Position numbers and translations under genes: made by a program. A model generated the notes under the pieces. That model had not been told where the DNA came from. It made no database searches and worked only from the letters and a program-made list of their open reading frames with translations. This document shows, piece after piece, positions 1-12,682 of a stretch of DNA of 64,000 nt (positions are counted from its first letter, which is position 1; each line of letters opens with the position of its first letter). The stretch covers positions 558,001 to 622,000 of the forward strand of contig CM007991.1 in the NCBI GenBank assembly GCA_002189035.1, read 5' to 3'. This DNA comes from Utricularia gibba. Lineage: Eukaryota > Plantae > Magnoliophyta.

Positions 1-643
1 TTTTTTCCCCTATGAAAACAGTGTACTTGTATGTGAATAAATTCCAGTCCACAGGCAATTGTATTGTGATTTGTGATGTTTGTTTGCCCAACCAAACCAC
101 TGGCCCCAGATCAAAAGTGTGACCCTTGGGAGCTCTTTTATAGGTAAAAAAAAGGACACCGTACATCTCTTGTTTAAGGGGCATTGTATTTGGTAAGTTT
201 TTGGTCATATTTGGACACGTATTGAAAACTATGTTTATTTATATAATAAACATGTTTTTTCATTACACTTTTTATTTGATTATTGAATAAAACTAATAAC
301 GAGCATGCGTCGTTATTAGTTTTTATTTTAGATTTCGGTTGTATTAATAGTGGAAATATTCTTTTACATATTCAATTGATTTTGCAATTTTGATTATACT
401 CTTTATTTTAATTATGAAATTCGATTCTAATAATAACGAGCATGCTTTATTATTGTTACCGAAATTATTGCCGTTTGGTGGTCGTAATTTGAAAATAAAA
501 AAGAAAATAAATTTGAAATTGTGTATGAAGGTGTAATGGGCACGTTCATAAGTGCATGCACTCCCCCTATTTTAATGCCTTTCAATATTCTCCCATTTCA
601 AATTTTCACCCCCCTCCGTACTCCCACTCCGCCGGAGAACTTG

Positions 644-1529
644 ATGAGCGCCAGGCTGAGAGTGAAGGGCTTGGCGTCCTGCTTTTACGGTTGCCGTTTT
701 CCGATGGGTGATTTAGTCTGCCTTTTTTGTTTCACGATCTCTAGGTCATGTTTATTGACAGTATGGTTGGCTGTCTTTGGTTTCAGAGGATGAACATGAG
801 ATCCTGCAACGGTCTCCGCCGCGGAATCCGGCCGTAGAAGGCGGCGGTGAAAAGGGAATTGGGAGAATGGGGAAGCGCAGCTTTAAGGAGCCGAGCCTGG
901 CTGAGGAGGATTACATTGTGTTCAGTTTCCGCGACGACGGGGCGATCGACGTCGTAAATGAAGGCGGTGCATACTCATCCGAAGAACACGGTGAGGACTC
1001 GGAAGCCCCCGCCGCCGAAGCCCCTCCGTCAAAAGTCGAAAGAAAAGTAAGCGATCATTTGTTTCCGGTTTCGCAGTTTTCACTACTCTGATTCTAGACT
1101 TTTGCCTGGTTTTGCAACTTTCACTGCGAAGAATGTCTCCGGGCGTCATCGGATTCCAACCCCCTTCCCCAGATTATTAAGGTTACAACTACCTGTCTCA
1201 ACACACTCCTCAGACCAATTAGTTATTGATTTTCTGAAGATCTAAGACACAGAAAAGCCCACTTTCAGGGGAGCATGCGCAAGGAGGTGGATGATGAAAA
1301 TGGGAGCAAAGTTGAGTCGTTCGAGTCATGTGATTCCACCCCCTCAGACACCACCAGCACAAGCTCTTTTGCCTTCCCAGTGTGAGTCTTCTCCCCGGTT
1401 TTCCAGAAAACAAAACAAGAGCCCACTTGTGATAATAACCTCGTGCCTGTGCGCAGATTGGGGCCGGAGTGGATCGGAAGTCCTGTTCAAATGCCGAGGC
1501 GAGACCAAGGGCCGGCAACAACAGGGTAG
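644..1529 (+). CDS. BASL: BREAKING OF ASYMMETRY IN THE STOMATAL LINEAGE (BASL) orthologue, 4 exons (approx. 644-708, 787-1046, 1240-1382, 1457-1529)
   Basis: Motifs RVKGLASCFYGCRFP, EEDYIVFSFRDDGAIDVVNEG, SSFAFPV and LGPEWIGSPVQMP correspond in order to the conserved BASL blocks (Arabidopsis RVRDWASCFLACKIP, FIVFCFDREDGGFDVVKEG, SFAFPILGVEWMGSP); GT-AG junctions join them. Confidence 0.85.
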
Positions 1530-2928
1530 TTGTTGCCCTGCCTGCTACTCTTAGACTGCTACTACTATATCTTTATACAGATACACAAAAAGTTTCTTCC
1601 CCACAGAACAGATTATATACCTTGATTACTGCTAATGACATGCATCCTTTTCGCTCTGCTTCCCTTTACATTGCACAATAACCTCGTCCTGCGTGATCGT
1701 TAACATCAAAACTACACTAGAATCAGCATGTAGAGTGTGAGGGCTCCGCCGCCGATGCTTTTTCCGGTAGTGTAGGAGGAGATCGGAAGTAGCCAAGGGT
1801 CCTTGAGAAGAGATTCAAGGAGGAGATGATTGATGCTCAGACAGAAAACAACGTTTTCTGTTACTATTTGGTGGTCACCGGTGTCCCAACTGGCCAGGTC
1901 AATCCTCCCATTGTTACAGTTATTTAAACCGGCGAGCGGTTAAAAGATTGGATGGGGCCCGCATGGCTAATTGGCACCGAGTTTTTAATAATTGATTTTA
2001 ATAATAATATTTTTATTAATATTTGATAATAAAATTATATCTGAAGTGTTTTTGGAGAAGCAGAGACTATTCTAAAGTAAACTGTAAATTATATCTAATA
2101 GCCAAAAATATTTTAAAATCATCAATTAATTTATTTTTATTAAATTAAAATAGATACTAATTTTTAGGAGTAAATATAATTAAAAATGAATGAAATTGAA
2201 TATTAATTCAATTTATTATAAATTAAAATTGATAAGATGGGGGCGGCTCCCACAGTGGGCCATAAACAGAGCCGAATGTTGAGTTGCTCAGAGGGCTATC
2301 TCAGTCTGGCCGGTCCGGCTCGTCGTAACCAATCAGAACTCGGCAGCTCAGCTCAAGCCGGTGAGGGTGGGCCCCACCACAAGTGGATCCATACAAACGT
2401 CAATCAGATTTCAGAATCCCACTGTTGAAATTGAGTGAGCGTGAGAACAATCATCCACCAGTGTGCGGCGCGTGCGTGCGTGCTTCATAAATTTAGCTTA
2501 TTTTTTAAAAAATATCAATCATAGCAATAACACTAATTTTTAGTAAAATAATTACATATAATTATATTTATTTAACATGATTTTCTATAACATTTAATGA
2601 ATTAATTATGAATTCATATCAATTTTATCAATAATAAATATTTAATTTCTAAACAAGACTAAAACCAGTGTTTTTGGAAGGTAATATTTTTTATGACAAG
2701 ATTTAATTGATTTCCGAAAAAGAACTGCGAGAACTCGTTGTGATTGGTCAGATTAAGAGGAGCAGGGGCAAAGTAGTCATTTCAGGCCCCACGAACGCAC
2801 ACAAACTACTACTGAGTGGAGGACGAGCGACGACGGACAAGAAAACCAAAACAGCGACGTGGAGACAGGAGTCATATACTTGTCTTGAAAGAAAATAATG
2901 TACAAAGAAATCAACTAAAAAATTGCAA

Positions 2929-3768
2929 TTAGGGAAGGAAATCAAGCGAAGGGGGATCGCTGCTGTATGTCCATTGATGATGACTCCAGTACGCAGTCGC
3001 TGCCGTTAGATCGATCAGCGCCCCCTCCTCCTCCACTCCGCCGCCGCTCATCCACTCCGTCGTCACGCGGCAGACGTCCTGGTTCATCCCTCCCTTGAGC
3101 TCGCGTCTCCCGAACGCGTCCGCGCAAAACGACGCCGCTTGGCTTTCTAGGCCTGCCGCTATGGGTGGTGGAATCAAGTTTTCTGAGCCGGTGATCACCG
3201 GCTGGGGGATGTGGCGTTCCGCGGTGGAGGGAGCCACCAGCGGCGGATGAGCATTGAAGCTGAAGAACTGGGAATCGGAGTAGCAAGTGTTACGATTGTT
3301 ATTAGTATCGTTATTGTTATACGAAACCGCGTCGGAGGAAACAGGGGACGTATAGGTGGCGGATTCGGTTGCGGTCTTGACCGCTGGGGGCTCGGAGGGA
3401 AGAACGGCGAAGGATCGGGTGTGAGCCTTTGAGATTATACGGCCTTTCATGTCCCCCGATTTGTGACTACCCCGCTTGTTCTTCCGGAAACCGCCCCCGA
3501 CGGGGACGTCGCGGAGGACGCCCCCCTTGGTCCAATACCGGCGGCAGCTCTTGCAGAAATGGCGCGGCTGGGAGAGGTTGTAATTGTTGTAGTAGCAGAA
3601 TTTGGTATTGACCGAGTCGCACCGTGGACACTTGAGCGCCGCCGACTGCTGCACATGGCTCTGAGGAGGGCGCGTCCGCCGATCTCGCCCGAAAAACCTC
3701 CCCCCGTCCCCGTCGCCTACTCCCCTGCCCACACCCGCCGCCTGTTGGGCGATATCTTGCAGCGGCAT
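2929..3768 (-). CDS. Dof zinc-finger transcription factor, OBP4/Dof5.4-like, single exon
   Basis: C2C2 Dof domain [38 protein letters not shown]-terminus (L)QDI...GGRFFG..DRR resembles Arabidopsis OBP4. Likely ATG at 3768 (ORF track extends to 3918). Confidence 0.92.
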   Translation of the reverse strand: MPLQDIAQQAAGVGRGVGDGDGGRFFGRDRRTRPPQSHVQQSAALKCPRCDSVNTKFCYYNNYNLSQPRHFCKSCRRYWTKGGVLRDVPVGGGFRKNKRGSHKSGDMKGRIISKAHTRSFAVLPSEPPAVKTATESATYTSPVSSDAVSYNNNDTNNNRNTCYSDSQFFSFNAHPPLVAPSTAERHIPQPVITGSENLIPPPIAAGLESQAASFCADAFGRRELKGGMNQDVCRVTTEWMSGGGVEEEGALIDLTAATAYWSHHQWTYSSDPPSLDFLP

Positions 3769-6700
3769 TCCCTCCCCCAAAGAATAAAAAAGAAATTCGG
3801 TTTCCCAAGGAACTCTGAAACTCCTCGGGGGAGTCGGAGTGGAAGTGGAGTTTCCCCAAAGGAAGATCTCTCTTCGCTTCTCTCTGACAAACAAATCTCC
3901 CCCACCGAATCTTCTCATCCATTATTTCTACATCTCCATGATTCAACCATCGCCGTGACTCCTAGTCAAAGACCTAAATACCCTTGACCGGGATTCCCTT
4001 CTGGTGAGGCTCCTCGTGTACCCAAAAAGAAAAAAAAAGGATTTATTTACTTATGCACAGGACGAGTGCTGACGCAAGAGGAGAGGAGGGAGGGAACATG
4101 GGCAAGGGGTACAAAGGTAAATGTCTTCAGCCGACCTTCCAATAAAGAAACACAGAAGCCAGTTGAAGGGTCGCTGTCCGTGGGAGGGGGAAATACCGGG
4201 TTTGCCCTCGGGGGTCCATTTGATACATATGTATAATATTTTCTTTTTAATATAATAAAGTGGTGGGCGTGCCCCGACGGGATCCACAGCTTTCATCGTC
4301 CCCACGAATGCCGACGAGTTTTCACGGCGGGGCGCCCGACATGATCGCCGACTTCTCCGCCGATCTCTCCCTCTCCCGTCCCCTCACCTCGTCTTATCAT
4401 TTGTTTCCGCATTAATTTACTGATAATAAAATAAGATGAGCCAACTGCCAAGGTGTCATTATTTGTTTAAAATCTATTCTATTTTTCAAACAAAAATTTT
4501 AAAATTTATCAAAAAATATTGTAATAATATCACAAATCTAAAAATCATACTATTTCGAAGCTCGTTATATGTCGATCACATTGAGACATTAAAGACAAAT
4601 CAAAACTTTGGGAGTCAAAATATTGTCTTATGTTAACATTCAATTATGACATAAATTGATTAGGATGATAAGAATGATGCGATTTAGAATTCTTATTTTA
4701 AAGACCGATAAGATAATATGCATTGCTTTAAAGGTGTTCGGATCTATCGAAGGTCCTAAAACAAAACAATTTTTATTTAAAGATGTAGAATCTCAAAAAG
4801 TGTTCTTAAAAATTTTTAAAATTCATTTTTATTTTTTAAAAGTAAAAATAATTTTGTTTTAGAATACTTTTAATTGTAAAAATAATTCTATCAAAAACAC
4901 TTTTAAAATTATAATTATAAATTTATTTTTGGAAAGTAAAGAATTGATTACTTTTACTTTTTAAAATTATTTTTAAAAAATAAAAACAGATTTCAAAAAT
5001 TTTCCAAAACGGTACTTCAATTTCAATTTTATAAGAAGTATTTATAAAAAAAAACTACTTTAGATAAGTGAAATCAAGTAGATCTTAAAAATAAATCATG
5101 AGTGAAATTTGAAAAAAAATGCAAAAGAAGTTTATTTTGAAATTAAATAATAATACGAAGAAATGGAGTTGGTACTTGGGAGGGACAGAGCACATTGTTT
5201 GGGCGATGGGGTTGGTGATCGACGGGTAATTGTCCACATCCCTATGCCATGTTCGTGCAGGCAATCCGCCGATCCTTGGCCTGGTTGCATCGCTCCACGC
5301 CATAGCTCCAGAAGAAAGGAAGAACAGAATCTCCTCTAAAAGGTGTACGGCGCTCATCCTTTTCATGGGGATAAAAAGGGAACCATTGTCGACTCAACAA
5401 GGAGGGAGCTCATGTCGGTGCTGCTCTGTGCGCAAGTGGTAGCACATGAAAGAAAAGAGGTATTCTAAGGTGTTACTAAGGCGTGAGTACTACTTCAAAT
5501 ATTTCGTATTTACAATTCGTTTGTAATAAACGTTTTTGACGTAGATGTATGTTGATCTTATGATGCTATAATAACTATTATAGTTGCAAACTCTTCGAAT
5601 CTTATTACATTAATTTAATATTTAAAGATAACAAATACACTAATTAAGGGAAGAGAAGGGCAGACATCCTTACCTTTGAAACTAGGAGTTTTTAGGTGGG
5701 AGGAATTGGAATTTGGACAAAATTCTCCCCAGATGGTGTGACTCGGCCCATTTGCCGTCTCATCATGAACCACACACAACTCGACGACCGCTCGCCAGCC
5801 CGTTGTGATGCGTGCCAGGCCCGGCCCGGCCCGATCTCAGGCAGATAGCGTGGTACCATCCTGCACGTCCGCCGCGTCTGAGAGGAAAGAGGAGTTCCCA
5901 TGATGCATGCACCATGGGTTCGCGCGGTTGGGAATCGGAATCGGAATCGGATTTAGCGAATTAGTTTCAATGGATCTCATCGATAAACGATTGGCGGGAT
6001 CCCGAGAGAGGGAGGACGAATGATGACTTGGGATGGGGCTTGGGCATTTAATTACTCTGCGCGGATGGACCCGATCGCCACATGCTCCACTCAGACATTG
6101 CGCCCCTTTGAACGCCCAGCTGGCTCGACATTCGACTGCATCAGCATCATCCCCGCCGCCTGCACTCCCTCCTTACCTCATACATACTCCTACCACTCCA
6201 CAAATACAAAGTTGTAATGTAATACCTATCATCCAATCCAATTTCACGATATTGTTTACTTCAAATATTCAATTTTTACGATTTTATGTTCTTTCGTTTC
6301 TTAAAAATACTTCATGTAAAATTAGAAAAAATCTTTATATATAAATTGTTTAAAAATACTCCACTCATAACTATTGTGATATTCATTTAAATTCTTTATA
6401 CACCTCATTGGGTGGCGACGAAATTGTGGTTAAAAAGACAATTTTATAGTGAATTGTCGATAATGGAAATTAGATTAAATTTAAAAGATGAAGTATTTTG
6501 AATAAAAAATTATTTATATAAGCGATTCACAATTTTTTGATAATTTAAAATACTAGTAAATAATTCATTATAAAATGGTATTATTTCACTAACTTAACTC
6601 TCTTGAGAATCAATGACTACGGATCGAGATGTGAGAACGTATTAGTATTTCGAATTGGTAAGTGATCAATTTGTTTATTCAGTTTTGTATGATATTTGAA

Positions 6701-7551
6701 GTTTTTATATTATTAAAAGTAAAAAAAAATTATTTACTGATAAAAAAGTAATTAAACTCTCTTGATTATTAGAAATTGAATATATACCCATATTTTATTA
6801 AATAAACGATTGATTGTTAATAATTTATAGTAAGTCGCTTCATGGAATAATTAAAGGGTAAAAATAAAAGATGGTTGTGCATTAAATGTTGACGAGGGAG
6901 AACATGGTGATAAGATGGACCTTCCTGCAGAGGATCTGGTCCACCTATCGATCTCCGTTGATCTGAAAATGGGTCCGGGGGACTCGGCAGCACCTCCTCA
7001 TTCATGACAACCATTTTTCTCTTCTCTTCTCCTCGCTTCTGCTTCCATCCCTCCTTGTCTTCCCCTTCCTTTGCCTGGCTATTGCGAACCGCATTGCCTC
7101 TCTTTTCTCTCCCTTCTCCTCCGCGTTTCTCAACTTCCCGTCTGGGGGCGTATCGTTTTCTGCACCGGGTGCTTTCATTTTTCCGTGATTCATCCGAGAT
7201 CTCTGTCGCTGATGCTTATCGGTTCCTATTCTTGAATGCTTGTATAGTATTTTATTCAGGGATTGCTCAAGTTTAAGACTTTCTTTCTCTTCCTGCGATT
7301 TGAGGAAATTGTGCGCGTGCCCGGTGTGGATCAATCTCCTTGGATCTTCGCGAATCTTGGGTGCGGGTGGATTTGGAGTTTGCATATATTTCGATTCTTG
7401 CAATCGTTCGCGCGTTCCAGGGTTTAAGTCTGTAATGGGGTTCTCGTAGAATCCCGGCACAAGTCGTTAATTTTTGTGGTGGGAAGGATATGGGTTTCGG
7501 TTGGTATGCGCAGAATAACGAGACATAGAGAAGGGGACCAAGAGGGGCGTA

Positions 7552-9816
7552 ATGGGCTTGAAACCGGCAGCGTTTGGGAAGGAAAGATTGGAGAAGCTGA
7601 GGGGCAGCGGAGTGGTTTCACGCTCGGGAGTGAAGCTATGGATGATAAGAGCCACGACTTCGGTTTTGCTATGGACATGCGTTGTCCAGTTGACGGCATT
7701 GAGTGATACTTGGGGTTCTCGCGTCTTAAGGGGTTGGCCATCTTGTTTTCTGCAAGAATCCGCTGCAGTTGCTTTAGATGTTCGGTCATCGCGTGAGGTT
7801 TCTGTTAGAAGTCTTCCTCCCAAGAGTGAGAACTTCTTCTCCACGCTACGCATGATTAGTCTTCTTCCTGTATTGGGAAATTTTCATTGCATCAGTTGGT
7901 TCCCAACTTTTCCATCGTTTGTTTGGTTTTAGGAAATAGACGTCGTCTGCAATATCACGTGATCGGTTTTCTCTCTAAATTTATTTTAATCATTGTTTCT
8001 CGAAGTGGTATATGGTTCAATACGTTGTTCTTCACTGCCTGGGTTTTGTGGATTATTAAAATTTGGTTCTTGAGCCATGTCTTGTAGACAAATGGGTTTA
8101 TTCCAACATCTGATCTAAATTTTTGCGCCTGCAGGGGTATATAGGAACAATGGTTATCTGATGGTTTCGTGCAATGGAGGTTTGAATCAAATGCGAGCTG
8201 CGGTATGTCATTTTGGCAATGGATGTTCAGTTCATTGTTACGTTAGCGTGTAGATTCTTCATTTCTGAAATGGTTGTTGCACTTTTTTTCTCTACAGATA
8301 TGTGACATGGTGGCAATAGCTAGAAACCTAAATGTCACTTTGATCGTTCCTGACCTTGATAAGGCATCTTTTTGGAATGATCCAAGGTTTTGTCTTAAGC
8401 CTTTGTTTGTTCAGGATTTTGTCAAAATATTTTGTCTTATGAATGCAATCTCTGAAATTACTGCAGTGAGTTTGAACACATCTTTGATGTTGATCACTTT
8501 ATAACGTCCTTAAGAGATGAAGTTCGAATCCTCAAGGAGTTGCCTTCACGTGTCAAGAGACGCGTGGAGCTGGGGATGATCTATACAATGGCACCGATCA
8601 GTTGGTCTGATATCTCTTACTATCAGAATCAGGTAAGGAAAAGCTCACTTATCTCTGATGGTTGCTTGTGGATGCATAATCCAATTTCGTTGTGTGCAGA
8701 TTCTTCCTCTGATTCAGAAATATAAAGTTGTCCATCTCAACCGAACCGATGCTCGCCTTGCTAACAATGATCAGCCATTGGATATTCAAAGGCTTCGTTG
8801 TCGAGTGAATTTTAGTAGTTTGAAGTTTACTCCACAGATAGAAGAATTGGGTAGGAAAGTTATCAGAATACTGAAGCAAAATGGTCCTTTTTTAGTTCTC
8901 CATCTCAGATATGAAATGGACATGCTGGCATTTTCGGGGTGTACTCAGGGCTGCAACAGAGGGGAAGTGGAAGAACTAACAAGAATGAGGTAAGATTGTC
9001 TTGTATAAACTCACAACTTTACTTTTTTTTTTCCTTACTAATGTGCTGTTCCTTTCAAGATATGCTTACCCCTGGTGGAAGGAGAAGATAATCGATTCTG
9101 ACATGAAAAGGAAAGAAGGTCTATGCCCATTGACACCGGAAGAAACTGCACTCACTTTGCGTGCACTGAACATTGATCCAAATATTCAGATTTACATAGC
9201 TGCTGGAGAAATATATGGTGGGATGAGGAGGCTATCGAGTCTTATAGCATCCTATAGGAATACAGTAAGTTGACAGCAGAGAAAATGTTGCCTGAGTTTG
9301 TTGAAGTTCTGTAGCTGAAATGTGTCTGGTTTTGGCAGGTGAGAAAGGAAACACTATTAGCTCCTTCAGACCTTAGAGTCTTTCAGAACCACTCATCCCA
9401 AATGGCAGCTCTTGACTATCTTGTTTCTCTGGAGAGCGATATTTTTGTTCCAACATATGATGGCAACATGGCCAAAGTTGTAGAAGGACATCGCAGGTAT
9501 GTTTTTGCAAGAAAATTGTTTTCCTGTTTACCCTGTCAACATCATGTATCCATTTTGGTGTCATGCTCAGATATCTTGGATACAAGAAAACGATTTTGCT
9601 TGACAGAAGACTGCTAGTTGAATTGATAGACAAGTACAAATCAGGTTTGCTGAGTTGGGATGAGTTCTCTGCTGAGGTTAGACGTGTTCATGGGGACGAA
9701 TGGGAAACTCCACGAAACGTGTAGTGATTCCAGATCGGCCAAAAGAAGAAGACTACTTCTATGCTAACCCGGTTGAATGTTTGCCATTACAAAGCAGCAG
9801 CAGCAGCAGCATCTGA
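7552..9816 (+). CDS. O-fucosyltransferase family (DUF246/GT106) glycosyltransferase, rhamnogalacturonan-I rhamnosyltransferase (RRT)-like, multi-exon; apparent 1-nt deletion near 9697
   Basis: Exon translations [123 protein letters not shown]. Start codon uncertain. Confidence 0.9.
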
Positions 9817-11701
9817 ATTATCTTCTGTTGTCATTCCAACTGAAGAAAACCAGAAGCGTCTTGGCGATGAGTGGAACTCTCCACTCTCTTCCTGAAGATA
9901 GCCAGGTTTTGCGCCATGAAGATCCAACCTTCGGTTTACAGGAGCACAAGGTTAGTTAAATCCCGGATTGAAATGTTCTCTCCATGCCTACTTATCCAAA
10001 TGAATAATGCAATACAATTCACGTATAGAATTTGCCTCTGAAATCATCTCCTTCTCCCCAAGAGAATATGCCAACGTACCTTATGTGTTCATGATCTATC
10101 CTCGTTTTCTAGTCAACCATTTGTGTCAAGTGTTTGATGGGTTGGTAGCCCTCGTAATGATACAACATGGGAAGCAAAACCGTTGATGAGCAGATCCATG
10201 GATCGCTGAGGAAAAATGGTTGAATCTTGTTTCTCTCCCTTCAGTAACAGATTTACAACAATCTTCAACGAAAAGGTTCCTCCTTTTTTTTCCATATCTC
10301 TTACCTGGTAACACTGAACGGGGTACTAACTTGAACCATCATGAATTAGAGAGTTGAAACCTTAAAGCGCGTTGGAAAACGGTAAACCTGTCCAAATCCA
10401 TGTTTAAAATGAATGTAATGGGACAGCAGTTCTGTCCAAACAAGGAAGAACTGGAATTGCTCAAATTCATGCAGTAAAAGTCCTCTAGTCTTAATAGGAT
10501 TACATGGGGTTGCTGTAAACCTGTGAATCAATTGAGAAGCTGATGAGAGTTTTGATCCTTTTTATACAAAAGGAAGAAAGTGAAAGAGTAAGGCTTGTTC
10601 AGTGATATGATTTATGATGATGAGGTAAAGATTCATTTCCCTTTCTCACACCACCATTAATGATGAAGTAAACCCTCAGTAGTATGATTGGTTTTCACAA
10701 TGAAAATGGTTCGTCATATATCCAATTCAGGGCCTCCAGCACTGAAATTTTTGCAGATCGGACAGACTCCTCATTTTTGAGGCGAACAGAATTCCTTGGG
10801 ATTCATGATTAAATGTTGGATGCATCTCAATCAGGCGAGAAGGTTGTTTGTCTCCAGGATGCCTTCCTTTATTGCTCACTATTTTCCGAATCATCTGATC
10901 ATTTGAATAGAGAGTTGCTGGAGTGTCAAAAAACTATAAAGCTGTCATAATTCGAACTGTGATAGTCCTGGAAGAAGAGATGCACTTGCTTCTGATTTGT
11001 TGATGCTTATCTTGTGTCCTTTCTTCTCTCTCAGAGAAGTAGCTAGTTTGGTGCCGGGAGTTCAAGAATAGCATGATGCTATAATTCTGTTGACCCTTCT
11101 TTAACTACAGATCCTCGTGAAACCATAGTAATCAGCCACCTCTCACATAATGCTTCATTATTCTCACAAGCGAATTATTTTCTACCCATGTCTAGTGAAT
11201 GTGTACATTTTATTATGATAGACTCTGGAGCCTCTAATCCAATTATTTCGTCAATGTTCCGAGGCAGCAGCCAGTGGAGGTTACTACACAGCAATGTCTG
11301 CAGCAGATGAAATAGTATCAGAGAATCTTACCTTACCTGGTTCAGTCTGAGTTGTCACAGGTGAAACCTCTGAGTATCTCCTGCTTATAGTGGTTGAATA
11401 CTGACAGCCATTCCTTTACTGAAGCTACTATTCTTTGAGCTTTCATTTTGATGCAAGTTTTAAAGTCCAGAAGCTGCTACTGCAGGAAAACTCAACCTGC
11501 AGAAGCTTTATGAGTACATTGGCTTCAATGTCAAGGGGGAGATATGCCGAGTCCGTGTTTGATTTGCTGATGCTTCAGTTAAAAACTTAATAAACTAGAC
11601 ACTATGGATTCACCGGAGTGCTAATATTTCTTACTCCCAATGAGGAAATCGGTAAGAAACACACTGAAGTATTGCTGGTATACAAATTGCAGGGTACGGA
11701 T

Positions 11702-12682
11702 TCACCGGAGCGCACCAGTCTGACTACTACTGATCTTGTGGTTCTTGCCGGTAAGCAGTTGTGTGAATTCTTGATCCGTAGTCTTGAGCATCGACGGCAA
11801 TGGAACGAAGACTCCGCTCTCCGATACGGCAGCGTGCCGCGGCTTGATTCTTTTCTCTAAGCTGAACGCAAAGTACTGAGGAAACTCCTTCAGCTCCTCC
11901 AACTCGCCCCGTATCTGCTCCACGAAGTACTCAAACTTGGGTTTGAAATTATTCTCTATGCTGAAGGTGAACAGTCCCGGGCACCGGAGCACCATCCCCA
12001 CGGCCTCCATCCTCGAAAATCCAATGCTAACGAGATAATCAAGCTTCGGAATCAACGTCTTTTCGACGCTGGAGACGAGTAAAATGGGATCCCGGTAAGC
12101 CAAAGCGTGCAGGTCTTTGAACCCCAGTCTCTGGAGGAAGCACAAGGCAGGCTTCAATTGGTCTCTGGCGCTGGAAATGAGGAGCCTGGGGCATTTGTTG
12201 ACTACCCTTCTGAGATCGTGATCCGGGACCTTGAGTTCATGGTGAAGGAAATCAAAAACAGGGGCGAGGTCGGATTTGATGTCCGACGTCAGGATTTTGG
12301 GGCACATTCCCAATACCTTGGGCATGTCTTTTGAGTGAAGGCCTTTGGATTGGAGAAAGATGAGAATGTGATGGATGGATTGGAGCGATGCGGAGTGAAG
12401 CATCGGGTTCTGGGAGAGAGCGCGGCCGGAATCGACTCCCATTATTTCGAGGCAGAGGATTTTTTCTTTGAATTGGAGCGAGATGTTTGAGTGGAGAGTG
12501 GTCTGTTGGTAGAGAGGATTTTTGAGAAGAAGACTCCTGGGTTTCGCTGCGATCCTGCTGAAGCTGCCGTTGTCCAATTCTTCAAGAGACCGGGAGCCTT
12601 TCAGCGTTGCAGCCGCGGCGGCGGAGGTAGCAGCCGTCATGATTTTGGGTCCGGCGAACGTCTCGTTCTGCACCCGAGCCAT
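11702..12682 (-). CDS. Mitochondrial transcription termination factor (mTERF) family protein, plastid mTERF10-like, single exon
   Basis: 326-aa ORF with mTERF repeats (CPKILTSD, KCPRLLISS, RCPGLFTFSIENN, KEFPQYFAFSLEKRIKPRH) and a transit-peptide-like N-terminus. Start may be the ATG at 12640. Confidence 0.9.
   Translation of the reverse strand: MARVQNETFAGPKIMTAATSAAAAATLKGSRSLEELDNGSFSRIAAKPRSLLLKNPLYQQTTLHSNISLQFKEKILCLEIMGVDSGRALSQNPMLHSASLQSIHHILIFLQSKGLHSKDMPKVLGMCPKILTSDIKSDLAPVFDFLHHELKVPDHDLRRVVNKCPRLLISSARDQLKPALCFLQRLGFKDLHALAYRDPILLVSSVEKTLIPKLDYLVSIGFSRMEAVGMVLRCPGLFTFSIENNFKPKFEYFVEQIRGELEELKEFPQYFAFSLEKRIKPRHAAVSESGVFVPLPSMLKTTDQEFTQLLTGKNHKISSSQTGALR

Noticed and set aside
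3463-3987. Long antisense and alternative-frame ORFs over the Dof, ANTH, mTERF and LPR genes
   Set aside because: They are shadows of GC-rich coding sequence with no recognisable motifs.
10655-10750. Possible C/D box snoRNA (AATGATGA ... CTGA, about 90 nt)
   Set aside because: No convincing terminal stem and no plant rRNA-complementary guide could be recognised; the boxes are short enough to occur by chance. An Rfam/snoScan search would settle it.
10500-11690. Several splice-like sites between the RRT-like gene and mTERF
   Set aside because: No coherent ORF could be built; may be UTR or antisense RNA, but the sequence alone does not support a feature.
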